A stretch of 64,000 nt of DNA from a virus: the IMG/VR virus record IMGVR_UViG_3300020733_000010, positions 114,145-178,144 of that record; one strand, written 5' to 3'. The stretch's first letter is position 1; every line of letters starts with the position of its first letter. Below are positions 55,332-62,520 of the stretch, one piece after another. Made by a program: the position numbers and the translations under genes. The notes below the pieces were generated by a model that was not told where the DNA came from, searched no databases, and saw only the letters and a program-made list of their open reading frames with translations.

Positions 55332-56178
55332 TGTGGTCAATGTTCATCCTATAGAATTTACGTTCATTATCAGATACATCACTACCTAGAACTAGTTTTG
55401 TTCTACCATGAATAAAACTGTAGTTGTCATAGATTGCAATATCATACGTATCCCAAACATGTTTGTGATATAGTTCAGGATGTTCCAGTAACTCATCTAT
55501 GTATGTTTGTATCAAAGAACAATCAAGTTGTTTGATGTTATCAATATACACTTCCTTAATCCACGCATTCAAGTGTCCGTGTCTAACATAATAGTTAAGA
55601 CGCAATGACTTGTTGCCTGTAACAGGGTGTATCTTAATAAAATCATGCAGTTGTTCGTCAGTACCCATACTGTACCAACTTTGTTGTAATATAGTAACTC
55701 GGCTAATCAATTCTTTGAGTTTAGGTGAAAGGTACTCAATACCATCTTCAATGTTCAGCCAATATGTATTGCCTGATTCAACATTGTTGGGGTTCTTAAC
55801 GATCCATAATGCACGATGAGGGAATGGATTTTCTTTACGATTTGGTATATCAGCATGCCAAGCCATTACATCATTGCTAATGATCTTGGTTGAATGTATC
55901 TTGTTACTGAATTCAGTTATGTGATATGTCTTGTCGTTTTCTGATAGAGTAATACTACGTTCATTGCTATAGATGTAATCTTGTTGATTCCAAGGCTTGC
56001 CAAAACTGTGTCCAAACTTTGCATAGTCTAGTTCAGTAAAATTCATCTTTTTAAAAACAAGAAGTTTTCTTTGATAAATCAATTGTCTCCAGTAGTCAGT
56101 TGACTCATTAAAGAAATCTAATGGGTTATCAAATTCAACGATTGTTCCCCAAGATTTATGTATGGGTGTTAATCTCAT
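55321..56178 (-). CDS. TauD/TfdA-family dioxygenase
   Basis: WHAD, HPVTG..SL and DNYSFIHGR motifs; start moved to ATG 56178 (MRLTPIHKSWG), preceded by ATAAATA at 56184-56190, because the longer ORF start lies inside tRNA-Gly. Confidence 0.85.
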   Translation of the reverse strand: MRLTPIHKSWGTIVEFDNPLDFFNESTDYWRQLIYQRKLLVFKKMNFTELDYAKFGHSFGKPWNQQDYIYSNERSITLSENDKTYHITEFSNKIHSTKIISNDVMAWHADIPNRKENPFPHRALWIVKNPNNVESGNTYWLNIEDGIEYLSPKLKELISRVTILQQSWYSMGTDEQLHDFIKIHPVTGNKSLRLNYYVRHGHLNAWIKEVYIDNIKQLDCSLIQTYIDELLEHPELYHKHVWDTYDIAIYDNYSFIHGRTKLVLGSDVSDNERKFYRMNIDHIKI

Positions 56179-56192
56179 ACTGATATTTATAT

Positions 56193-56266
56193 GCGTGGTT
56201 AGTTTAACGGTAAAATCAAACATTGCCAATGTTTAGTCAAGGGTTCGACTCCCTTACCCCGCACCA
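56193..56266 (+). tRNA. tRNA-Gly(GCC)
   Basis: aaaca-ttGCCaa-tgttt arm, CCA. Confidence 0.88.
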
Positions 56267-56271
56267 GTTTT

Positions 56272-56329
56272 AGGATCGGTTCAGCAAACATAAAGCTAAC
56301 TTTGGATGTCTAGCGACAAAAACGATCCT
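56272..56329 (+). ncRNA. Small inter-tRNA stem-loop element
   Basis: aggatcg/cgatcct 7-bp closing stem enclosing gttCAGCAAacataaa. Confidence 0.35.
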
Positions 56330-56338
56330 GTTATATAT

Positions 56339-56415
56339 GCGACCTTAGCTCAGATGGATAGAGCACCAGGCTACGAACTTGGGGGTCAGGAGTTCGACTC
56401 TCTTAGGTCGCGCCA
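56339..56415 (+). tRNA. tRNA-Arg(ACG)
   Basis: Canonical cloverleaf, ctACGaa loop, CCA. Confidence 0.93.
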
Positions 56416-56416
56416 T

Positions 56417-56490
56417 GCTCTTTTAGTATAAAGGTATTACAATACATTGGTAATGTATAGACACTGGATCGTTACCAGTAAGGAGCACCA
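56417..56490 (+). tRNA. tRNA-Thr(GGT), atypical T-loop
   Basis: ataca-ttGGTaa-tgtat arm; T-loop ATCGTTA; CCA. Confidence 0.8.
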
Positions 56491-56505
56491 GCTATAAATA
56501 TTCAC

Positions 56506-57054
56506 ATGTTTCAAAAACTCAATGTGGATATCAACGTAGGTAACTTTTCTCATGGCAACAAAATTACTGAATATTCGTATACTGTATTAAATGACAAATC
56601 AGTACCGCTTATTCAGTATCATGTTGCGTTAGGAGAATGCCGCGAAAAAATGTTACAACTTCTTCCGGAGAGATTCCGTTCTGCATTCGTTATTAACATA
56701 ATGAATATAGCAGGTATAGTTGTACCACACACTGATAGTAACATTAGGTGTACTATCAATCACTATGTCCAAACGAATGATGAGGAAACTATTTTCTTTG
56801 CATTCAAAGAAAATGCTGAGGGTTTTCAAATAACAAATCAAACGAATGGTAGGTTATTTAAACTTGATGAAGTGAATCGTGTTGATTCTTTTATAGCAAA
56901 AGCCGGAGAAACATGGATACTAGATGTTACCAAACCTCACGGTGTTAAGGGTCAAATGCCTATTAAAGATTATCGTGTTGCGATAGTTATGAATACTAAT
57001 ACCTATTCGTATCAAGAGGTATTAGAAATGTTGAAAGAAACAAATTCAATTTAA
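56506..57054 (+). CDS. 2OG-Fe(II) oxygenase-like protein
   Basis: VVPHTD, INHY, WILDVTKPHGV..RVAIV; TATAAATA at 56493-56500. Confidence 0.7.
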   Translation: MFQKLNVDINVGNFSHGNKITEYSYTVLNDKSVPLIQYHVALGECREKMLQLLPERFRSAFVINIMNIAGIVVPHTDSNIRCTINHYVQTNDEETIFFAFKENAEGFQITNQTNGRLFKLDEVNRVDSFIAKAGETWILDVTKPHGVKGQMPIKDYRVAIVMNTNTYSYQEVLEMLKETNSI

Positions 57055-57055
57055 T

Positions 57056-57133
57056 GTGTCGGTGGCAGAGTGGTCCAATGCAACGGATTGCAAATCCGTA
57101 AAACCGTGAGTTCAAATCTCACCCGACATTCCA
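57056..57133 (+). tRNA. tRNA-Cys(GCA)
   Basis: acgga-ttGCAaa-tccgt arm, U73, CCA. Confidence 0.92.
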
Positions 57134-57139
57134 GTTAAT

Positions 57140-57256
57140 GCCGCTGTCGTCTAATGGTAGGACGCTTAAAAAGGTGACTCTGACAAGAGTACATACAGCA
57201 ACATAAAAATTCCATGTTAAGGAAGTTATGGAGGTTCGATTCCTTCCGGCGGCACC
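57140..57256 (+). ncRNA. tRNA-shaped RNA whose anticodon loop is replaced by a 46-nt insert
   Basis: Perfect acceptor, D and T arms plus CCA; cttaa/ttaag anticodon stem encloses 57170-57215. Confidence 0.7.
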
Positions 57257-57261
57257 AATTA

Positions 57262-57336
57262 TGCTCTGTTATTTCATGTGGTAGAATTCCGGTTTTGTAG
57301 TCCGGCGAGGATAGTTCAAGTCTGTCACAGAGCACC
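57262..57336 (+). tRNA. tRNA-Thr(TGT)
   Basis: ttTGTag loop, T-loop TTCAAGT, CCA. Confidence 0.85.
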
Positions 57337-57342
57337 AATTAT

Positions 57343-57409
57343 CCTCTGTGTAGTGTAACGGGAGCACACACGGCGCGCGGTGGTGAAGGTTCAATTCCTT
57401 CCACAGAGG
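57343..57409 (+). pseudogene. Degenerate tRNA-like element
   Basis: Acceptor and T arms intact; anticodon arm shortened and GC-rich with no U33 loop; no CCA. Confidence 0.55.
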
Positions 57410-57421
57410 GCCTAATACAAT

Positions 57422-57496
57422 GGATGTATAGCAAAGTGGTAATGCAGTATCTTCATACGGTACCTATCGCTAGTTCGAATCTAGCTACATCCACCA
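57422..57496 (+). tRNA. tRNA with CAT anticodon (Met or Ile2)
   Basis: gtatc-ttCATac-ggtac arm, CCA; G1-C72 pair argues against an initiator tRNA. Confidence 0.82.
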
Positions 57497-57626
57497 ATTT
57501 ACTGTCAAGTGTTTTGTCTCGTACAAATTCTTTGACATTTGTAGAACGAAGTCGATCTTGGTAAGGCTCTTTATTTTTAAGAGCATACTCATATAATGCT
57601 TTGAGTCCAGGGTTTTCTTTTTCCAT
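57453..57626 (-). CDS. Small hypothetical protein (57 aa, MEKENPGLKALYEYALKNKEPYQDRLRS...)
   Basis: Hand-translated; ATAAATA at 57631-57637 on the minus strand just upstream; 3' end antisense to the CAT tRNA. Confidence 0.45.
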   Translation of the reverse strand: MEKENPGLKALYEYALKNKEPYQDRLRSTNVKEFVRDKTLDSKLVDVARFELAIGTV

Positions 57627-57655
57627 ACAGTATTTATTTTCAAAATAAATATCAG

Positions 57656-58195
57656 ATGCAGTATTACAAGGAATTAGAAGTTAACCATTTTGATGTTATT
57701 GTGAACAAGACAATAACGTACATAAAAGAACGTACTTCTATTCTTGACGTACCTTTTGATTACAACTGGTACGCAGTCAATTTTGTTGACTTAGTTAAGT
57801 ATGTCCCTGAGTTAGATGATGCATTCAAGCAGTATAGTTTGGTTCCAAACTTTGCCGCTTTCTTTGTGGTATACAATAACAAGTCTACACAAATACACAA
57901 AGATATGTACCCATTAACATCACGAGTTAATTTTCCTATATTGAACTGTAAAGGTACATATACTGACTATTATAAAAATGTAGTCTTTCAAAAGACTACT
58001 AATTTGATTACTGGTATAAGTAGCTACCAAGTAACAAACACTGATTATGAATTAGTAGATTCTGTTGAGATTAAAAAGGCAACTTTACTAAATGTACAAG
58101 AAGCACATAAAGTTGAAGTGCCCGACGGAAATCCTATACCTAGAATAACATTGACTATTGGCTTTGACAAAGATCCTACATTTTTGTTAAATTGA
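57656..58195 (+). CDS. 2OG-Fe(II) oxygenase-like protein
   Basis: IHKD..RVNFPI, LLNVQEAHKV..RITLTI; ATAAATA at 57645-57651. Confidence 0.7.
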   Translation: MQYYKELEVNHFDVIVNKTITYIKERTSILDVPFDYNWYAVNFVDLVKYVPELDDAFKQYSLVPNFAAFFVVYNNKSTQIHKDMYPLTSRVNFPILNCKGTYTDYYKNVVFQKTTNLITGISSYQVTNTDYELVDSVEIKKATLLNVQEAHKVEVPDGNPIPRITLTIGFDKDPTFLLN

Positions 58196-58212
58196 TAATA
58201 GTTCGTTAAAAA

Positions 58213-58360
58213 GTTTTGAGATAGACGGTGAGATTGAGTCCCTTGTATGCTAGGTCCCTATTCTTGTGACTGACACGCCAGTAGCAGTATGAGGTTGTTA
58301 AACTCTCTCATTCGAGACAATCAGTTGAGTCCTTGAGAAAGATAGACTGGCGCTCAAAAA
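58213..58360 (+). ncRNA. Candidate structured RNA
   Basis: Adjacent helices 58214-58220/58353-58359 and 58276-58282/58346-58352; TTGAGTCC occurs twice. Confidence 0.3.
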
Positions 58361-58369
58361 CCTATACAT

Positions 58370-58445
58370 GGGTCGTTAACTCAGTGGACAGAGTACTTGG
58401 CTTCGAACCAAGGAGTCAGGGGTTCAAATCCTCTACGACCCTCCA
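58370..58445 (+). tRNA. tRNA-Arg(TCG)
   Basis: cttgg-ctTCGaa-ccaag arm, CCA. Confidence 0.9.
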
Positions 58446-58451
58446 AACAAT

Positions 58452-58544
58452 GGAAAGTAATGCAGGCGCGATGGTGTGCCGACTAGCCTTGAAAACTAGG
58501 TTCTCCGATAAGGGGATGGGGTTCGACTCCTCTGCTTTCCGCCA
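58452..58544 (+). tRNA. tRNA-Ser(TGA)
   Basis: ctTGAaa loop, long variable arm, G73, CCA. Confidence 0.85.
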
Positions 58545-58555
58545 AAATCATAAAT

Positions 58556-59104
58556 ATGAACATGTTACTATATTGTTATCCATTGTCTCATAACATCATA
58601 ACTCTTGATGAAGTTGAGTCAATTCAATTGATGAGTCAAAAAAATGAAAGTAAGTTCATTGACTATGTAAGTCAGTATGGTCATCGTGATAACAATAAGT
58701 TTTTAACACCGTTCAAGTTTCATTCTTTCTACCATGAACTACCTTTTATAAAAAAGTTAGTTAGTGGTTGTTCGCTAAAAACTTTCCCAGTCATTATGAA
58801 ACATACTGCTGGTTCAACGGTACGTAGACACATTGATGACCACAAAGATAGGCGAACATTGTTGAGCATACCTATTTGCCCTGAGGTAAATTATCCGCCC
58901 ACATATTTTTGGGAAACAATGGAATCAATAGAACCAATAGCAATAGCAACATTTGACACGATGTTACCTTGCTTGTTTAATACTACTCTTATTCATGGGT
59001 TGACAAATACACATGAAAGTGATAGAATAAACCTTCAATTTTGTTTCAGCGAACCCATTGAATTGGTAGCTGAACTGTTCAACAGCAAAAAACTGTTCAA
59101 CTAA
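58556..59104 (+). CDS. 2OG-Fe(II) oxygenase-like protein
   Basis: VRRHIDD..LLSIPI, LFNTTLIHGLTN..RINLQF; the ATG overlaps the last base of ATAAATA (58550-58556). Confidence 0.7.
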   Translation: MNMLLYCYPLSHNIITLDEVESIQLMSQKNESKFIDYVSQYGHRDNNKFLTPFKFHSFYHELPFIKKLVSGCSLKTFPVIMKHTAGSTVRRHIDDHKDRRTLLSIPICPEVNYPPTYFWETMESIEPIAIATFDTMLPCLFNTTLIHGLTNTHESDRINLQFCFSEPIELVAELFNSKKLFN

Positions 59105-59114
59105 AATAATTTAT

Positions 59115-59190
59115 GTTGTCCTTAGTGTAGTGGCCTGCACCCCATGTTGTGACCTTGGTAGTAAGAGTTCGATCCTCTTAGGACAACCCA
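59115..59190 (+). tRNA. tRNA-His(GTG)
   Basis: G-1:C73 pair, ttGTGac loop, CCA. Confidence 0.88.
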
Positions 59191-59201
59191 AACAATTTAA
59201 T

Positions 59202-59277
59202 GTCGCTTTAGCTGATGTGGTCATAGCGGTGGGCTGAAAACTCATGGAAGTTGGTTCGATTCCAACAGGCGACACCA
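59202..59277 (+). tRNA. tRNA-Phe(GAA)
   Basis: ctGAAaa loop, CCA. Confidence 0.92.
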
Positions 59278-59283
59278 AACAAT

Positions 59284-59358
59284 AGTTCCTTATTTCAGTG
59301 GTAGAATATCACATTGACATTGTGAAGGTCACTGGTTCGAACCCAGTAGGAACTACCA
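59284..59358 (+). tRNA. tRNA-Val(GAC)
   Basis: tcaca-ttGACat-tgtga arm, CCA. Confidence 0.9.
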
Positions 59359-59362
59359 TTAG

Positions 59363-59437
59363 CTCGTTATAGTTCAATGGATAGAACATATTCCTCCTAA
59401 GAATAGGATTCAGGTTCGATTCCTGGTAGCGAGACCA
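59363..59437 (+). tRNA. tRNA-Arg(CCT)
   Basis: tattc-ctCCTaa-gaata arm, CCA. Confidence 0.9.
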
Positions 59438-59451
59438 AGATAAATATCTGC

Positions 59452-59862
59452 ATGACGAAAAGAATATTAGCAACTTTATTCATCACAATCATGTGTGGTA
59501 TTTGTCATGCTAACTCAATTGAAGATTCAAAAAATCGTGCAATGATTGCAACTGTAACAGATGCAGTTACAACATCACTTGTGCTTTCACACGGTGGACA
59601 TGATTTGAATCCATTGATAGGAACAAGTCAGTCAAGAATTGTTCCTATAACTTTAGCTAAACTAGCATTGATAGGTGTTCTTGCAACATCTAACTTGCCA
59701 GAAAAAGAAAAAGAACAAAGTTTAAATGTTATTACATCAGTTTGGGCCGGAGGTTCTATTAACAACTTGTTAGTACTTGCAGGCGCTGCAAACCCAGTAA
59801 TTCTAATAGTTGGTACTATTAGTGCTTTTGTAATATACGATAAAATCTCAACTACACCTTGA
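59452..59862 (+). CDS. Membrane/secreted hypothetical protein (136 aa)
   Basis: Signal-like N-terminus, GGHDLNPLIG motif, hydrophobic helices; ATAAATA at 59440-59446. Confidence 0.6.
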   Translation: MTKRILATLFITIMCGICHANSIEDSKNRAMIATVTDAVTTSLVLSHGGHDLNPLIGTSQSRIVPITLAKLALIGVLATSNLPEKEKEQSLNVITSVWAGGSINNLLVLAGAANPVILIVGTISAFVIYDKISTTP

Positions 59863-59887
59863 CAATTATTCATAATTGTCATATACT
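59859..59887 (+). promoter_or_regulatory. Sigma70-type promoter with a palindromic operator in the spacer
   Basis: TTGACA-17 nt-TATACT; perfect inverted repeat TGACAATTA-N4-TAATTGTCA at 59860-59881. Confidence 0.7.
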
Positions 59888-59928
59888 ATGAAAGTAAATA
59901 CATGTAGAACATACACAAAGGAGTAAAC

Positions 59929-60489
59929 ATGGCTGTTCTAGCACTTGATATTTCCGGAGTACCCCGACAGTGGATCTCCAACGATGATGCAATCTCATAC
60001 CACGCAACTAACAGTGTTGCATGGAGTATGGGTGACATTGTGGCAAAATACCGCGGTGGTGTTCAAAACGATGGCTCACTAAGTTACATCGAATCACCAA
60101 GTATCATTGCTATCAAGGGTCATGGATTTAACCCACACAAACATGCACATGTTGCATTAAGCAACAAAACATTGTTCGGTCGTGACCGTTATGTTTGTGC
60201 ATACTGTGGAGATCACTTCCCTAACTACCATGATTTGAGTCGTGACCATATTTTGCCACGCTTTCATGGTGGTGAAAACACTTGGATGAACGTGGTTACT
60301 GCATGTAAAGAATGCAACAGTAAGAAGGGTCATAAGACACTAAAAGAATCACGAATGGAACTTCTTTATGTACCTTACGAACCTAACCACTTTGAAAACA
60401 TGATTCTACAGAACCGCAACATTCTTGCGGATCAAATGGAATACTTGATGACAGGTGTCCCTAAGCATTCAAGGATTTTGTTGTCTTAG
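59929..60489 (+). CDS. HNH endonuclease
   Basis: CAYCG, SRDHILPRFHGG..W.NVVTACKECNSKKG; SD aggag. Confidence 0.9.
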   Translation: MAVLALDISGVPRQWISNDDAISYHATNSVAWSMGDIVAKYRGGVQNDGSLSYIESPSIIAIKGHGFNPHKHAHVALSNKTLFGRDRYVCAYCGDHFPNYHDLSRDHILPRFHGGENTWMNVVTACKECNSKKGHKTLKESRMELLYVPYEPNHFENMILQNRNILADQMEYLMTGVPKHSRILLS

Positions 60490-60972
60490 AAAGAGTTTAT
60501 TGATTCTATATAGAGTTGATAAAGTCTGAAAACTTTGAATGAAGAAGGGTACAAACAACATGTACCTTTCTTCGTTTGTATCATTTTGTAAATTGTGATT
60601 CACATGTGTATCAAACATGTAAGCACAGTTCTCGCTCCAATCTATCTTGTATGTTGGCTTGTGATCCTCATCATAGAAAAATGTAGGAGTTGATTCGCAG
60701 TTGTATAATGGAATTTGTATAACTGCTTTGCGACGGTTGTCTTTGTGTATAGGTAAGCCAGTACCAGGACTAAATCGCATAACCATCATAGGAGTTTCAT
60801 ATAGTTGTATGACTGGATGAAATTTTTGTTTAATAACGGTACAATCAAGATTTTTAAATATTGATTGACCCCATTCAAGTTTTTCCCAATCGTCTTGATT
60901 AGATGATAAAACTTGTGATAGAATTTCTTTTGTGTTTAATTGTAGTTCGGGAAGTTTGATGTAAGGTAACAT
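60469..60972 (-). CDS. 2OG-Fe(II) oxygenase-like protein
   Basis: LPIHKD..VIQIPL, MFDTHVNHNLQN..RYMLFV; GTAAATA at 60977-60983 (minus strand). Confidence 0.7.
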   Translation of the reverse strand: MLPYIKLPELQLNTKEILSQVLSSNQDDWEKLEWGQSIFKNLDCTVIKQKFHPVIQLYETPMMVMRFSPGTGLPIHKDNRRKAVIQIPLYNCESTPTFFYDEDHKPTYKIDWSENCAYMFDTHVNHNLQNDTNEERYMLFVPFFIQSFQTLSTLYRINKLFLRQQNP

Positions 60973-60983
60973 CTACTATTTAC

Positions 60984-61012
60984 TTGACAAAAAAGTTGCC
61001 GTATGATAAACT
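60984..61012 (+). promoter_or_regulatory. Sigma70-type promoter
   Basis: TTGACA-17 nt-TAAACT upstream of tRNA-Thr. Confidence 0.65.
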
Positions 61013-61056
61013 ACATTAAATAAAGATACAGTGAGTAACTTCACTGTTTCACAATC

Positions 61057-61131
61057 GCCCTTGTATCCTTAGTGGTAGAGGTCCTGTTTTGTAAGCAGGG
61101 TGTGGTGGTTCGATTCCATCCTGGGGCACCA
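61057..61131 (+). tRNA. tRNA-Thr(TGT), second copy
   Basis: cctgt-ttTGTaa-gcagg arm, CCA. Confidence 0.88.
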
Positions 61132-61139
61132 AAGATTAT

Positions 61140-61216
61140 TCCCTAGTAGCTCAGTCGGTAGAAGCGCCAAACTGTTAATTTGGATGTCGGAAGTTCGAGC
61201 CTTCCCTGGGGAGCCA
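61140..61216 (+). tRNA. tRNA-Asn(GTT), canonical copy
   Basis: ccaaa-ctGTTaa-tttgg arm, G73, CCA. Confidence 0.92.
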
Positions 61217-61222
61217 ATAAAA

Positions 61223-61276
61223 TATAACCTCTAACCAACGTATAGGCATAAATACTTATACAGGTTAGAGGTTATA
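61223..61276 (+). promoter_or_regulatory. RBS-sequestering hairpin with a late promoter in its loop
   Basis: Perfect 14-bp inverted repeat 61223-61236/61263-61276; ATAAATA at 61248-61254; GAGG SD lies in the 3' arm. Confidence 0.8.
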
Positions 61277-61282
61277 CATCAA

Positions 61283-61849
61283 ATGTCAATATCATCAAAT
61301 AGAGTTAAAGCATGGCGCCATCGCACTAAAGAACGAATGGTTGAGGCTATGGGCGGAAAGTGTCAGTGTTGCGGATACGATGCATGTAAAGAAGCATTAG
61401 CATTCCACCACATAGATCCTTCACATAAAGAATTAGCGTTTGGAAATTTACGAGCCAATCCTCAAACTTGGATTAAGGTAGTCGAAGAATTAAAAAAATG
61501 TATATTAGTGTGTCATAATTGCCATAGTGAAATACATGCCGGGTTTCGTGAAGTCCCTGAGGTGTATACTGCGTTTGATGAATCATTCGCTGATTATAGA
61601 CAACTAAAAACAGAATACGATTCTTGCCCTCATTGTGGTATAGAAAAACCAAAATCTAATAAGTTTTGTAGCCCAAAATGTGCATCATCTAACCGTCGAA
61701 AGGTTGACTGGAATAGCATTAATGTGTTAGAATTACTAGAAGAACACGGTATAACAAAACTAGAAGAAATGCTAGGAGTTTCTAATGCCGCAATTTATAA
61801 ACAGCGAAACAAAATCCTAAAAGGAAAACAACATGCTAATTGCAGATAA
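61283..61849 (+). CDS. HNH endonuclease, probable free-standing homing endonuclease
   Basis: CQCCGY..ALAFHHIDP..KCILVCHNCHSEIH; C-terminal CPHC..FCSPKC zinc motif and HTH-like tail. Confidence 0.85.
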   Translation: MSISSNRVKAWRHRTKERMVEAMGGKCQCCGYDACKEALAFHHIDPSHKELAFGNLRANPQTWIKVVEELKKCILVCHNCHSEIHAGFREVPEVYTAFDESFADYRQLKTEYDSCPHCGIEKPKSNKFCSPKCASSNRRKVDWNSINVLELLEEHGITKLEEMLGVSNAAIYKQRNKILKGKQHANCR

Positions 61850-62027
61850 CGGTGGACATAAAACTTTTTGCGAAGTGAAAAAGATTCACGTAGGTGAAAA
61901 CAATAACCATGTTCGTATCTATACCACATTTGATGGCTCTCGTGAGCCAGACTATCAGCAAACTAAGTTTGAGGCATTTTTAACTGACCAAGAACTTGAC
62001 GCACTAAGACAAACGCTAAACGCCTAA
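61833..62027 (+). CDS. Hypothetical protein (64 aa)
   Basis: SD aagga; overlaps the HNH stop. Confidence 0.55.
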   Translation: MLIADNGGHKTFCEVKKIHVGENNNHVRIYTTFDGSREPDYQQTKFEAFLTDQELDALRQTLNA

Positions 62028-62032
62028 TATAT

Positions 62033-62107
62033 CTGGCTGTAGCACAATGGACAGTGCAGTAGCCTTCTAAGCTATTGATCCAGGTTCGATTCCTGGCAGC
62101 CGGACCA
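62033..62107 (+). tRNA. tRNA-Arg(TCT)
   Basis: gtagc-ctTCTaa-gctat arm, CCA. Confidence 0.92.
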
Positions 62108-62138
62108 AACACTGTTGTAAAAATACAACAAAAAAGAT

Positions 62139-62222
62139 TTGACAATAAATCATTTTGGTGCTATACTACTTGTATTGAAGTTGATAAAGCAATCTTGCTT
62201 ATCACGAAGGCTCATTAAAATT
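62139..62222 (+). promoter_or_regulatory. Sigma70 promoter followed by a hairpin and a boxA-like element
   Basis: TTGACA-17 nt-TATACT (62139-62167); hairpin about 62183-62203; GCTCATTAAAATT at 62210-62222. Confidence 0.65.
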
Positions 62223-62313
62223 TTGTAAAGTACTTTAGGCTGATGACGGCAATCAGAAAGCAGTCTGAAATCTGACCCCATTGCAGTAGCTTTGCCGAGC
62301 AAATGTGAAGGGA

Positions 62314-62397
62314 GTTGATATGATGAAAGTGGTAGACATGGGGGCTTTAGAGGTCCCCGCAGTAAACAGCGTGTAGGTTCGAATCCTACTATCATTT
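62314..62397 (+). tRNA. tRNA-Leu(TAG), imperfect acceptor stem, no encoded CCA
   Basis: ggggc-ttTAGag-gtccc arm, long variable arm, gtagg-TTCGAAT-cctac; lies inside a 24-bp inverted repeat. Confidence 0.65.
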
Positions 62398-62433
62398 ATC
62401 AGATATCAGCCTAAAGTATTTTACAAAAATCTA

Positions 62434-62520
62434 TTGACAATAAATGCAAGTGGTGTTATACTACTTGTATTGAAGTTAAGAAAGTGATCGTGCTTTCTTA
62501 CAAACAGTCTTTAACAATTT
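62434..62520 (+). promoter_or_regulatory. Sigma70 promoter followed by a hairpin and an rrn-type boxA
   Basis: TTGACA-17 nt-TATACT (62434-62462); hairpin 62478-62485/62492-62499; TCTTTAACAATTT at 62508-62520. Confidence 0.7.
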
